DNA from: a bacterium
GTDB lineage: Bacteria > Bacillota > Clostridia > Oscillospirales > Acutalibacteraceae
Assembly: GCA_963633095.1 (NCBI GenBank)
Contig: CAVGWP010000001.1
Coordinates: 283 to 64,282 of the forward strand
Direction of reading: 5' to 3'
DNA: 64,000 nt
In this document: in pieces, positions 52,452-64,000 of the stretch
Layout of the letters: each line of letters starts with the position of its first letter
Numbering within the stretch: the stretch's first letter is position 1
Position numbers and translations under genes: made by a program
Notes under the pieces: model-generated
The model's input: only the letters and a program-made list of their open reading frames with translations
The model's database searches: none
Told to the model about the DNA's origin: nothing

Positions 52452-54380
52452 CTATTCATCGAGCTTTATCGAAAGCTGTTCTGCCTCTTCCATAAGAGAA
52501 AGCAGCTCGCTTTCCTTTTCGTCTATCTGCTGCTGGATCTGGGCGAGCTTTATATAATCCGATGATATCTCGTCATTTGACAGCTCTGCTGTCAGCCTAT
52601 CGAGCTCTGTCTGCATTTCATCGCAAAGACGGTTTAGCTTTGCAAGTCTTGCTCTATCCTTCTGAGCCTGCTTTTTCTGCAAATAAGCTTCCTTGCCCTT
52701 GCCGCTTTTCTCTTTTTGCACTGCGCGTGACGCGGTGATCTTCGGCATACCCTTGTCGCTCGACGCCTCTTCGATCGGGTTTTCCTCTTCGTATTGCTCA
52801 TAGCCGAACGGATATGTCCTGATCCCGCTGCCCGTAAATTCCACGATCTTGTCCGCAACTTCGCTGAGCAGCCATCTGTCATGCGTCACAAATAAAAGCG
52901 TGCCCTTGTAGTTTTTAAGCATATCGCAAAGCGCCTGCTTGCCCACAATATCCATGTGGTTTGTCGGCTCGTCAAGCACCAAAAAATTAGGTCGCTTTTG
53001 CATAAGCTTTGCGAGGGCAAGTCTGACTCTCTCGCCACCCGAAAGCTCTGCGGTGCTTTTGAAAACATCCTCGCCAGAAAACAGAAACGATCCGAGTATT
53101 GAGCGCGCCGCGGTCTGCGTCAAGTCGGGAAAATCGTCCCAAAAATCATCAAGCACACTTTTTCCGGTAAATTCATGCGCCATGTGCTGATCGAAATAGC
53201 CCATATCCACTCTGAATCCAAACTGAAAATCGCCCGACAGCTTTTCGATTTTTCCGCAAACCGTCTTTAAAAATGTCGATTTTCCCGTTCCGTTCGGTCC
53301 GACAACGCCGACCTTTTCGCCGCGCTTTATTTCAAGCGACACCGTGCCGAGCGGATTTTCTCTGTCGTAGCCGATCACCAGCTCCCTTGTTGTCAAAACA
53401 TCGTTTCCGCTTTCAAAAAGCGGCTCCAGCTTTGAGAAAAACGCCTTGGTGTCGGCAGCTTCGGGATCTTCTATCAATTCCATGTGTTCGAGCTGTTTTA
53501 ATTTCGACTGCGCCATTGCCGCCTTTGTCGCCTTGTATCTGAATCGCTCGACAACAGCCCCGATGCGTTCTATCTCTTTTTGCTGAGCCTCGTATTCGCG
53601 CTTTTGCTGTTCGTAGTCCTTTTCCTTTTGCTTTTCATAAGCGGAATAGTTACCGACATATTTTTTGCATTTTCCGCGCTCTATTTCATAGACCTCTTCG
53701 GCGACTCTGTCTAAAAACATTCTGTCGTGCGAAACAACAACTACCGCTCTCGGATAGCTTTTTATATATTGCTCGAGCCAGCGGATGGTGCGAATGTCGA
53801 GGTGGTTTGTCGGCTCGTCGAGCAGGAGAATATCGGGCTTTGAAAGCAGCAGCTTGATGAATGATATCTTTGTCTGCTGACCGCCCGAAAACTCGCTTAA
53901 TTTCTTTTGTTCATCTTCCTTTGAAAAGCCGAACCTTGAAACCACTGTCTGATAATTCTTCTCGATCAGATATCCGTCCTCATATAAAAAGCGCTGTTCG
54001 AGAGCGGTGTAGCGTTCTATCAGCTTTTCATCGGCTGTTTTCTCGATTTCGGGGAGCAGCTCGTCCATCTGCCGCTTTATTTTGAGAGCAGGCTCAAAAG
54101 CCTTGCGGATCTCATCACGAAGAGATAGATTCGGGTCGTCGAATGTCATCTGTTCAAGACATCCGATAGTGCACCCTGTCGATTTCGCAACGCTCGACTT
54201 CTCGCCGTTTTTTCGCACAAGCGGCAGCTGCCCCTTGATAACCTTCAAAAGCGTGGATTTTCCGCAGCCGTTTCGTCCGACGACCGCTATTTTTTCCGTG
54301 TTGCGTATTTCAAAATCAATATTTTTAAGCACCTCGTCCGCTCCGTAAGCGAAAGTGCCGTTCACAATCTGAAAAAGCAT
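52452..54380 (-). CDS. ABC-F family ATPase with C-terminal coiled-coil (Uup/YfmR-like translation factor)
   Basis: Two NBDs with no TM domain (GRNGCGKST/LSGGQQTK and GPNGTGKST/LSGGERVR), an inter-domain linker and a K/E/Q-rich tail. Start is ATG 54380, 4 nt after GGGAGA. Confidence 0.9.
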   Translation of the reverse strand: MLFQIVNGTFAYGADEVLKNIDFEIRNTEKIAVVGRNGCGKSTLLKVIKGQLPLVRKNGEKSSVAKSTGCTIGCLEQMTFDDPNLSLRDEIRKAFEPALKIKRQMDELLPEIEKTADEKLIERYTALEQRFLYEDGYLIEKNYQTVVSRFGFSKEDEQKKLSEFSGGQQTKISFIKLLLSKPDILLLDEPTNHLDIRTIRWLEQYIKSYPRAVVVVSHDRMFLDRVAEEVYEIERGKCKKYVGNYSAYEKQKEKDYEQQKREYEAQQKEIERIGAVVERFRYKATKAAMAQSKLKQLEHMELIEDPEAADTKAFFSKLEPLFESGNDVLTTRELVIGYDRENPLGTVSLEIKRGEKVGVVGPNGTGKSTFLKTVCGKIEKLSGDFQFGFRVDMGYFDQHMAHEFTGKSVLDDFWDDFPDLTQTAARSILGSFLFSGEDVFKSTAELSGGERVRLALAKLMQKRPNFLVLDEPTNHMDIVGKQALCDMLKNYKGTLLFVTHDRWLLSEVADKIVEFTGSGIRTYPFGYEQYEEENPIEEASSDKGMPKITASRAVQKEKSGKGKEAYLQKKQAQKDRARLAKLNRLCDEMQTELDRLTAELSNDEISSDYIKLAQIQQQIDEKESELLSLMEEAEQLSIKLDE

Positions 54381-54455
54381 AATTTCTCCCAAAACATTTT
54401 CCGAATGATTTATTTAAAATCAGAGCAAAGGAGTGCCGCTCCCTCTGCACTAAAG

Positions 54456-54484
54456 ATTATACCAAATTGCCGCCGAAATTACAA
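54456..54484 (-). promoter_or_regulatory. Sigma-A type promoter for the ABC-F gene
   Basis: The minus strand reads TTGTAA, 17-nt spacer, TATAAT, with TG at the extended -10 position. Confidence 0.55.
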
Positions 54485-54511
54485 CCGACGATTTAAAACC
54501 GCATTTTTTGG

Positions 54512-54540
54512 TTGACTGAGCGCGTCGGCTCGGTTATAAT
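54512..54540 (+). promoter_or_regulatory. Sigma-A type promoter for the THUMP methyltransferase gene
   Basis: TTGACT, 17-nt spacer, TATAAT. Confidence 0.55.
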
Positions 54541-54634
54541 ATTAGTAAAATATCCTCTGATTTTTGCAGTCGGCAGACCGCCTTTATTGCCGCCGATTTA
54601 AATAAAAAATCAGAATATGAGAGGAACTTTTTTA

Positions 54635-55744
54635 ATGAGATTTTGCGCGCCTTGTCTTTTCGGCGTCGAAGGTCTGCTTGCAGACGAGCTGAGAAGAATG
54701 GATATAAAAGATGTAACACCCGAAAACGGCTGCGTTTTGTTCAGCGGCGATATCAGAACAATGTGCAGAGTCAACCTGCGTTCAAGAGTTGCCGAGCGTA
54801 TTTTGCTCGTCCTCGGCGAGTTTCACGCCGCTTCGTTTGATGAGCTTTTTGAAAATGTAAAGCGGCTGCCGTTTGAGCAGTACATCCGCAAGACAGACGC
54901 GTTCCCCGTTAAAGGCTGGTCGCTCGATTCAAAGCTTCATTCGGTGCCCGATATTCAAAAGATAGTAAAGAAAGCCGCTGTCGATAGGCTCAAGTCGTAC
55001 TACGGCATTTCTTGGTTTGAAGAAACGGGAGCAAAAAATCAGCTTCAGTTTTCAATTCTTAAAGACAGAGCGCGGATCATGATCGACACAAGCGGCGAGG
55101 GACTGCACAAGCGAGGCTACCGCGAAAACGCAAATTCCGCACCGATAAGAGAAACGCTTGCCGCCGCGATGGCTCAGGCGGCGAGAGTGTATCCCGACTC
55201 GGTGATGTACGATCCCTTCTGCGGTTCGGGAACTATCCTTATAGAGTCGGCTTTGATCGCACATAACATTGCACCCGGACTGCGGCGCGGTTTTGCTCTG
55301 GAGTCGCTCGGCTGGGTGGATCAGGAGATCTTCTCCGATGAACGCGAGGCAGCTTTTGCCGATATCAAACGCAACCATGATTTCATCGCCTACGGCAGCG
55401 ATATAGATAAGCGCGCACTCGGACTCTGCGCGCAAAACGCCAAAAAAGCCGGCGTGGATTACAGCATTAAAACAACTGTCAAAGACATTTGCGATTTTGA
55501 AACTAACGACGGCAAGGGCCTTGTGATAACAAATCCGCCCTACGGCGAGCGTATGCTCGATATTGAGCAGGCAAGAAAGCTCTATGCTGCGATGGGCGGG
55601 AAGTTTGTCCGTCAGCGCGGCTGGCGTTATTATATCATCACACCGGACGAGCGCTTTGAAGAGTGCTTCGGCAAAAAGGCGGATAAGCGCCGCAAGCTCT
55701 ACAACGGCATGATCAAATGCCAGATGTATATGTATTTTAAATAG
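54635..55744 (+). CDS. THUMP-domain class I SAM-dependent RNA methyltransferase (YpsC/RlmL-like)
   Basis: N-terminal THUMP-like region, SAM motif DPFCGSGT and catalytic NPPYGER. Start is ATG 54635. Confidence 0.85.
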   Translation: MRFCAPCLFGVEGLLADELRRMDIKDVTPENGCVLFSGDIRTMCRVNLRSRVAERILLVLGEFHAASFDELFENVKRLPFEQYIRKTDAFPVKGWSLDSKLHSVPDIQKIVKKAAVDRLKSYYGISWFEETGAKNQLQFSILKDRARIMIDTSGEGLHKRGYRENANSAPIRETLAAAMAQAARVYPDSVMYDPFCGSGTILIESALIAHNIAPGLRRGFALESLGWVDQEIFSDEREAAFADIKRNHDFIAYGSDIDKRALGLCAQNAKKAGVDYSIKTTVKDICDFETNDGKGLVITNPPYGERMLDIEQARKLYAAMGGKFVRQRGWRYYIITPDERFEECFGKKADKRRKLYNGMIKCQMYMYFK

Positions 55745-55749
55745 TGTGC

Positions 55750-55782
55750 AAAGGACTGTTAAATTTTTAACAGTCCTTTTAT
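55750..55782 (+). terminator. Intrinsic terminator after the methyltransferase gene
   Basis: AAAGGACTGTT and AACAGTCCTTT pair perfectly, followed by a T-tail. Confidence 0.85.
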
Positions 55783-55843
55783 ACAATGACGGCTTTTTAG
55801 ATAAAATTCATACAAATCCGGCAAAATGCCAAAAGCAACGCGC

Positions 55844-55872
55844 TTGCATAATCAGCGGCGTTTTGGTACAAT
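55844..55872 (+). promoter_or_regulatory. Sigma-A type promoter for the V-ATPase operon
   Basis: TTGCAT, 17-nt spacer, TACAAT, with TG at the extended -10 position. Confidence 0.5.
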
Positions 55873-55915
55873 AATAAAAAATGAGCTGCATTGCAGCAGG
55901 AAAGGCGGCGACAAA

Positions 55916-56227
55916 ATGGCAAAAGAAGTGATCGATGAAATAAGAGCGGCAGAGGACAGCGCGCGTCAGACGAACACAGCCGCGCAGGACACTGCATATC
56001 AAACGATCGAAGCAGCAAAGGCAAAAGCTAAAAAGATCGCAGAGCAGGCAAAGGCGGACGCAGCCGAGCGCGCAAAGCAGATCATCGCCACAGCCGAAAA
56101 CGAGGCTTATAAGGTCAAGACCCGCGCGGCAGAGGAAAATGCTCGGTCGGTGAGGGCGGAGTATATCCCCGACAGCGGCAGACAGCAAAAGGCCGCAGAA
56201 TATATAATTTCAAAGATAACACAGTGA
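55916..56227 (+). CDS. V-type ATPase peripheral-stalk subunit (G/H-like coiled coil)
   Basis: 103 aa, A/E/K-rich and all-helical, and the first gene of the operon, as in the Enterococcus hirae ntp operon. Start is ATG 55916. Confidence 0.75.
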   Translation: MAKEVIDEIRAAEDSARQTNTAAQDTAYQTIEAAKAKAKKIAEQAKADAAERAKQIIATAENEAYKVKTRAAEENARSVRAEYIPDSGRQQKAAEYIISKITQ

Positions 56228-56258
56228 AAAACAAAAAATAAAGATCGGCGGTGATAAC

Positions 56259-58735
<2,477 letters not shown>

Positions 58736-58764
58736 AAAAATCCAACCGGGAAAGGAAAATTATT

Positions 58765-59367
58765 ATGGAAGGGCTTGAAAGGATAATCGGCGAGATCAAC
58801 TCTCAGGCAGAACGCGACGCGAAAGCGATAATCGCCGAAGCCGAGAAAGAAGCCGCCGAGATCATTAAAAACGCCGAAGCGGACGCCGAGCGCGAGATAA
58901 AAGCCGCCGAGACAGACGCTGAAAAGCGCGCGGTCAGGATCCGGCAGTCGGCTGAGTCGTTTTCGGAGCTTGATAAAAGCAGTCGGATCCTCTCGGCAAA
59001 GCGCGAGGCTATCGACAATGCTTTTAATAAAGCACTCAGTGATCTTAAAAACCTGTCGGCGGACGAATATTTCAACACGATAAAACGCCTTATCGTGAAG
59101 TATGCCGAAAATGGAGAGGGCACACTCGTGTTTAATTCGGCGGATCTGCTGCGTGTTTCCCCCGGCTTTGAGATAGTTGTAAACGACGCATTGCCGGACG
59201 ATAAATCGATAAGGCTCAGCGAAACGGCGGACGATTCGATAGACAGCGGTGCAAAGATCATCTACGGCAATATCGAAATCAACTGCGATTTTTCGGCTCT
59301 TGTAAACGAGAGCCGCGAAACTGCGACCTTAGGCGTTGCAAGCATACTTTTCGGCGAGGAGAACTGA
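58765..59367 (+). CDS. ntpE: V-type ATPase subunit E
   Basis: 200 aa with an A/E/K-rich N-terminal helix and a globular C-terminus, in the operon position for E. Confidence 0.85.
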   Translation: MEGLERIIGEINSQAERDAKAIIAEAEKEAAEIIKNAEADAEREIKAAETDAEKRAVRIRQSAESFSELDKSSRILSAKREAIDNAFNKALSDLKNLSADEYFNTIKRLIVKYAENGEGTLVFNSADLLRVSPGFEIVVNDALPDDKSIRLSETADDSIDSGAKIIYGNIEINCDFSALVNESRETATLGVASILFGEEN

Positions 59368-59368
59368 T

Positions 59369-60325
59369 ATGAGAGACGCTGAATATGCAAACGCCGTTGC
59401 AAGGATCAGAATGAATGAAAACCGCCTTTTATCGGCGGAGGATACCGAGCGGCTCATAACTGCGCCCACAGCGGCGGACGCTGTCGGGATCGTGACAGAG
59501 CGCGGACTTTGCCGAAGAGACGGCGACACAGCTGATTTTTCGGGCTCGCTCGATGAGATGAGACGGCTCATTGTGTCGGTGGTGCCGGATGAAAAAGAGT
59601 TTTTGTTCCTGCTTATCGACAATGATTTTCACAATCTCAAAACAGTTATAAAGGCGGCTGTTGCGGACAAACCGACCGACGGCTTGCTACTCCCCGAAAT
59701 ATCCTGCTCGGTCGATGATATGAAAAAGGCGATCGGTGAAAAGAAGTTCGATCTTTTGCCCGAATATATGTCGTCTGCCGCACGGAGAGCGTATTCGCTC
59801 ATAACCGAAACGGGCGACGGCCAGCTGTGCGACGCGGTGCTCGATCGTGCTTATTGCGGCGCCGTTATCTCGCTGACCGAAAAAAGCGGCGATTTTATAA
59901 GAAACCTCGGCGAGTTGATCGCGGCGGACTGCTGTATGAGAACAGCGGCAAGATGCGCTTTTATGAAAAAGGATAAGGATTTTATCGAGCTTTCGGTCGG
60001 AGAATGCCGTTCGCTCCAAAGGCAGCGGCTTATCGACGCCGCCGCTAAAAGCGTTGAAAGCGTTTCGCAGTACCTTTCTCACACAGCTTATGAAACGCAG
60101 GCACAGGCTTTGTCGGAGTCTATCCGCGATTTTGAAAAGCAGTGCGAGGATATGCTTCTTCGGTATTGCGACAGCGCTAAATACACTGCGCTCGGCCCTG
60201 CGCCGATAGCGGCGTATATCATTCGCAAAAAAGCGCAGATAAAAACAGCCCGAATAGTCATCGGCTGTAAAACAGCGGGGCTTTCCGAGCAGATGATAAG
60301 ACAGCGTGTGAGAAAGACCGTCTGA
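59369..60325 (+). CDS. ntpC: V-type ATPase subunit C (d-type)
   Basis: About 318 aa. Start is ATG 59369, 7 nt after GAGGAG. The N-terminus YANAVARIRMNENRLL is typical of this subunit. Confidence 0.85.
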   Translation: MRDAEYANAVARIRMNENRLLSAEDTERLITAPTAADAVGIVTERGLCRRDGDTADFSGSLDEMRRLIVSVVPDEKEFLFLLIDNDFHNLKTVIKAAVADKPTDGLLLPEISCSVDDMKKAIGEKKFDLLPEYMSSAARRAYSLITETGDGQLCDAVLDRAYCGAVISLTEKSGDFIRNLGELIAADCCMRTAARCAFMKKDKDFIELSVGECRSLQRQRLIDAAAKSVESVSQYLSHTAYETQAQALSESIRDFEKQCEDMLLRYCDSAKYTALGPAPIAAYIIRKKAQIKTARIVIGCKTAGLSEQMIRQRVRKTV

Positions 60326-60346
60326 TATTAAAAAGGGCGTGATACA

Positions 60347-60664
60347 ATGAAAAATATAGCGGTGGTCGGCTCTGCCGACAGTGTACGCGGCTTTGCGGCT
60401 TTAGGGCTCGGAGTTTTCACTGCGGACACTTCGGGCGACGCCGAGCAGATAATCATAAAGCTCACCAAAAACGACTATACTGTCATTTATGTGACCGAGG
60501 TGCTTTATAAAGACCTCGGTGCACTGACAAGCAGATTTTTCGATGATCCCGAGATCGCGATCATCCCGATACCGGGTACCTTCGGCAACAACGGTATCGG
60601 CAAGAGCGAGCTCAGCCGCGCAGTAGAACGCGCGGTCGGATCGGATATACTTTCAAATGAGTGA
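60347..60664 (+). CDS. V-type ATPase subunit F
   Basis: 105 aa. The pattern [18 protein letters not shown]...IIPIPG is typical of subunit F. Confidence 0.88.
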   Translation: MKNIAVVGSADSVRGFAALGLGVFTADTSGDAEQIIIKLTKNDYTVIYVTEVLYKDLGALTSRFFDDPEIAIIPIPGTFGNNGIGKSELSRAVERAVGSDILSNE

Positions 60665-60678
60665 AAGGATTGATTGAA

Positions 60679-62454
60679 TTGGCAAGCAAAGGAACGATAA
60701 CGAAGGTCGCGGGACCTCTCGTCATCGCGTCAGGTATGAGGGACGCGGATATGTTCGATGTCGTGCGGGTCAGCGATAAGCACCTCATCGGAGAAATAAT
60801 CGAGATCCACGGCGATAAAGCGTCGATACAGGTCTATGAGGAAACCTCGGGGCTCGGCCCCGGCGAGATCGTCGAATCAACAGGTGCTCCGCTTTCGGTC
60901 GAACTCGGTCCCGGACTTATCGGCTCTATTTTTGACGGTATCCAGCGGCCGCTGGAGAAGATAATGGAGGTCGCGGGCTCTAATCTTGAGCGCGGCGTTG
61001 AAGTGCCGTCGCTCGACCGCGAACGCAAATGGAATTTTGAAGCCACCGCGCAAAAGGGCGATAAAGTCGAGGCGGGCGACACACTCGGCAAGGTCAGCGA
61101 GACCGCTGTGGTCGAGCATAAGATCCTTGTGCCGAACGGAGTTTGCGGCACTGTTGAGGAGATAAAAAGCGGCGAGTACACCGTGTCGGACACGGTCGCC
61201 GTCATCAAGGATGAAAAGGGCGAACTGCACAATATTTCAATGATGCAGAAATGGCCCGTTCGAGTCGGCAGACCTTATAAGCAGAAACTTTCTCCCGATA
61301 TTCCGCTCGTTACAGGTCAGCGTGTTATCGACACGATGTTTCCGATCGCAAAGGGCGGCGTTGCGGCTGTTCCGGGTCCGTTCGGTTCGGGCAAGACAGT
61401 CGTTCAGCATCAGCTTGCGAAATGGGCGGCTGCGGACATTATCGTTTATATCGGCTGCGGCGAACGCGGCAATGAGATGACCGATGTTTTGAATGAATTT
61501 CCCGAGCTTCGTGATCCGCGCACAGGCTCGTCGCTTATGGAGCGAACTGTCCTTATTGCGAACACTTCGGATATGCCGGTCGCAGCACGTGAAGCGTCGA
61601 TCTACACCGGTATCACCATCGCCGAATATTTCAGAGATATGGGCTACACAGTTGCACTCATGGCAGACTCGACCTCGCGCTGGGCGGAAGCACTCAGAGA
61701 AATGTCGGGCAGACTTGAAGAAATGCCGGGCGAAGAGGGCTATCCTGCATACCTCGGCTCTCGACTTGCTCAGTTCTATGAGCGCGCAGGCAGAGTTATT
61801 GTAAACGGCAGTGAGGACACCGAGGGCGCGCTTTCTGTCATCGGCGCGGTATCTCCTCCGGGCGGCGATATTTCCGAGCCTGTTTCACAGGCGACTCTCA
61901 GAATCGTCAAAGTGTTCTGGGGACTCGATGCGTCACTTGCTTATAAGCGCCATTTCCCTGCGATAAACTGGCTTAATTCGTATTCGCTTTATCTCGATAT
62001 GCTCGGCGCATGGTACACAGAGAATGTTTCGGCGGATTGGATGCCTCTGCGTGCGAGAATGATGGCTCTGCTTCAGGACGAAGCCGAACTCGAAGAGATA
62101 GTTAAGCTTGTCGGTATGGACGCTCTCGGCGCAAAGGACAGATTGAAGCTTGAAGCCGCCCGCTCGATAAGAGAGGATTTTCTGCATCAAAACGCTTTCC
62201 ATGAGACCGATACCTATACATCGATGCACAAACAGCTTCTCATGATGAAAGCTATCCTCAGCTACTTTGATAAATGCTGCGACGGACTTGACCGCGGCGC
62301 AGGAATAAACGATCTTGTCGCTCTTCCGATAAGAGAGAGCATAGGCAGATTTAAATATCACAAAGAGGACGAAGTCGATGCGGAATATGAGCGTATCGAA
62401 GCCGAGCTTTCGGCAGAAGTTGCAAATGCGGTGAATACCGCCGAGAATTTATAA
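60679..62454 (+). CDS. ntpA: V-type ATPase catalytic subunit A
   Basis: Walker [10 protein letters not shown] and the non-homologous insert typical of A subunits. The start is set at TTG 60679 ([15 protein letters not shown]), 9 nt after AAAGGA. GTG 60661 is the alternative. Confidence 0.95.
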   Translation: MASKGTITKVAGPLVIASGMRDADMFDVVRVSDKHLIGEIIEIHGDKASIQVYEETSGLGPGEIVESTGAPLSVELGPGLIGSIFDGIQRPLEKIMEVAGSNLERGVEVPSLDRERKWNFEATAQKGDKVEAGDTLGKVSETAVVEHKILVPNGVCGTVEEIKSGEYTVSDTVAVIKDEKGELHNISMMQKWPVRVGRPYKQKLSPDIPLVTGQRVIDTMFPIAKGGVAAVPGPFGSGKTVVQHQLAKWAAADIIVYIGCGERGNEMTDVLNEFPELRDPRTGSSLMERTVLIANTSDMPVAAREASIYTGITIAEYFRDMGYTVALMADSTSRWAEALREMSGRLEEMPGEEGYPAYLGSRLAQFYERAGRVIVNGSEDTEGALSVIGAVSPPGGDISEPVSQATLRIVKVFWGLDASLAYKRHFPAINWLNSYSLYLDMLGAWYTENVSADWMPLRARMMALLQDEAELEEIVKLVGMDALGAKDRLKLEAARSIREDFLHQNAFHETDTYTSMHKQLLMMKAILSYFDKCCDGLDRGAGINDLVALPIRESIGRFKYHKEDEVDAEYERIEAELSAEVANAVNTAENL

Positions 62455-62467
62455 GGGGGCTTCACAC

Positions 62468-63841
62468 ATGGCTAAAGAATACAGAACGATAGAAGAAGTC
62501 GCAGGCCCGCTTATGCTGGTGCGGCAGGTCGAGGGAGTTAAGTATAACGAGCTCGGCGAAATAGAGCTGAAAAACGGCGAACGCCGCCGCTGCAAGGTTC
62601 TCGAGGTCAACGGCACGGACGCGCTCGTCCAGCTTTTTGAAAACTCCGCGGGTATCAACCTTGATTCGTCGAAGGTGCGTTTTCTCGGCAGATCAATGGA
62701 GCTTTCGGTCTCGCCCGATATGCTGTCGCGTGTTTTCGACGGTCTCGGCAGACCGAAGGACGGCGGCCCCGAGCTTATCCCCGAAAAGCGGCTCGATGTA
62801 AACGGCACGCCCATGAACCCCGCCGCAAGAAACTATCCGCAGGAGTTTATTCAAACAGGTGTTTCCGCGATCGACGGCTTGAACACGCTTGTTCGCGGTC
62901 AGAAGCTGCCTATCTTCTCCGCGTCGGGCTTGCCGCACGCAAACCTTGCGGCTCAGATAGCCCGTCAGGCAACGGTGCTCGGCGATAACGAGCAGTTCGC
63001 GGTTGTCTTTGCGGCAATGGGTATCACCTTTGAAGAGGCGAACTTCTTTATTGAAAGCTTTAAGGAAACAGGTGCTATCGACAGAACCGTTATGTTTGTA
63101 AACCTTGCAAACGATCCTGCAGTCGAGCGTATCGCAACGCCGAGAATGGCACTCACAGCGGCGGAGTATCTCGCGTTTGACCGCGGTATGCATGTGCTTG
63201 TTATCATGACTGATATTACAAACTATGCCGACGCTCTGCGAGAAGTATCCGCAGCGAGAAAGGAAGTCCCCGGCAGACGAGGCTATCCCGGCTATATGTA
63301 CACCGATCTTGCAACGCTTTATGAGCGAGCAGGCAGACTTAAGGGCAAGGACGGTTCGATAACGCTTATCCCGATCCTCACCATGCCCGAGGACGATAAA
63401 ACTCACCCGATCCCCGACCTCACAGGATATATCACCGAGGGTCAGATCATTCTTTCACGCGAGCTTTACCGCAAGGGAATAACACCGCCTATCGATGTTT
63501 TGCCGAGCCTTTCTCGACTCAAGGATAAGGGTATCGGCGAAGGCAAGACCAGAGCCGACCATTCAAACACATTGAATCAGCTTTTTGCGGCTTATGCGCG
63601 AGGCAAGGAAGCCAAGGAGCTTATGGTCATTCTGGGTGAGTCGGCGCTTACCGATATCGATAAGCTTTATGCTCGTTTTGCCGATGAGTTTGAGCGCGAA
63701 TATGTTTCTCAGGGCAACGATACCAACCGCACTATCGAGGAAACGCTCGATCTCGGCTGGAAGCTGCTCAGAATACTGCCGCGTTCCGAGCTCAAGCGTA
63801 TCGATGATAAGTATCTCAATATGTATTATGAGAAAGAGTGA
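62468..63841 (+). CDS. ntpB: V-type ATPase subunit B
   Basis: 457 aa and collinear with V/A-type B subunits ([15 protein letters not shown]...[14 protein letters not shown]). Confidence 0.95.
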   Translation: MAKEYRTIEEVAGPLMLVRQVEGVKYNELGEIELKNGERRRCKVLEVNGTDALVQLFENSAGINLDSSKVRFLGRSMELSVSPDMLSRVFDGLGRPKDGGPELIPEKRLDVNGTPMNPAARNYPQEFIQTGVSAIDGLNTLVRGQKLPIFSASGLPHANLAAQIARQATVLGDNEQFAVVFAAMGITFEEANFFIESFKETGAIDRTVMFVNLANDPAVERIATPRMALTAAEYLAFDRGMHVLVIMTDITNYADALREVSAARKEVPGRRGYPGYMYTDLATLYERAGRLKGKDGSITLIPILTMPEDDKTHPIPDLTGYITEGQIILSRELYRKGITPPIDVLPSLSRLKDKGIGEGKTRADHSNTLNQLFAAYARGKEAKELMVILGESALTDIDKLYARFADEFEREYVSQGNDTNRTIEETLDLGWKLLRILPRSELKRIDDKYLNMYYEKE

Positions 63842-63846
63842 ACGCT

Positions 63847-64000
63847 ATGGCAGTCCTGAATGTTAACCCGACAAGAATGGAGCTGTCCCGTCTGAAAAAG
63901 CGGCTCAGCACCGCAACAAGAGGTCATAAGCTTTTGAAGGATAAGCGCGATGAACTCATGCGGATCTTCTTGCAGACTGTCAGAGAAAACAAGGCGCTCA
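63847..64000 (+). CDS. ntpD: V-type ATPase subunit D, N-terminal part (continues beyond the window)
   Basis: [37 protein letters not shown] is the canonical subunit D N-terminus. The frame is still open at base 64000. Confidence 0.9.
   Translation, partial: MAVLNVNPTRMELSRLKKRLSTATRGHKLLKDKRDELMRIFLQTVRENKAL

Noticed and set aside
54381-54455. Antibiotic-responsive attenuator leader upstream of the ABC-F gene, as seen for ARE-type ABC-F resistance genes.
   Set aside because: The leader is only about 65 nt, with one weak hairpin, no U-tailed terminator and no leader peptide ORF. This fits a housekeeping Uup/YfmR-type ABC-F better.

Overview
This 64-kb window looks like chromosomal DNA from an anaerobic Firmicute, probably an Oscillospiraceae/Ruminococcaceae-type Clostridium. 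That placement is an inference from gene content: a dockerin-bearing secreted protein, pyruvate:ferredoxin oxidoreductase, a FabK-type FAS-II cluster, a V-type ATPase and gatCAB. The window is dense with housekeeping genes. In order it holds: the ftsH 3' end, two orphan genes in an AT-rich patch, a 795-aa dockerin protein, hpt, a SprT-like protein, ferritin and a flavoprotein. Next come a ferredoxin-thioredoxin-reductase-like gene with trxA, nifJ (PFOR), corA, a Tyr T-box with tyrS, a SLOG/DUF2493 gene and a secreted M34-like metalloprotease. A TPP riboswitch then precedes thiT, followed by HAD, radical-SAM and S41 protease genes and an OmpR/HK/HtrA module. The FAS-II operon follows (fabH-acpP-fabK-fabD-fabG-fabF-fabZ-accD-accA), ending in a translationally coupled acyl-CoA synthetase. 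After it come an ECF sigma/ZAS anti-sigma operon, RNA methyltransferases, aspS-gatCAB, a metal ABC importer without a binding protein, a heterodimeric ABC exporter and an ABC-F ATPase. The window ends in a V-type ATPase operon that runs off the 3' edge. I found no rRNA, tRNA, CRISPR array, transposase, integrase or prophage gene. The stretch least explained by ordinary annotation is about 0.85 kb of non-coding DNA at 34.04-34.90 kb. It starts at a near-consensus promoter and contains two repeat families and many perfect hairpins, and it lies just upstream of the ECF sigma operon. Other points worth follow-up: accB/accC are missing from an otherwise canonical fab operon, and an acyl-CoA synthetase is coupled to accA by a TAATG overlap. 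A promoter-proximal motif recurs at three or four loci, and the SLOG gene needs a non-canonical start. There is also a Cys-rich 66-aa orphan ORF beside the metal importer, a structured corA leader that is not an M-box, and a Na+-type signature in the V-ATPase K subunit. All calls rest on reading the ORF translations and the DNA by eye; no database search was run.
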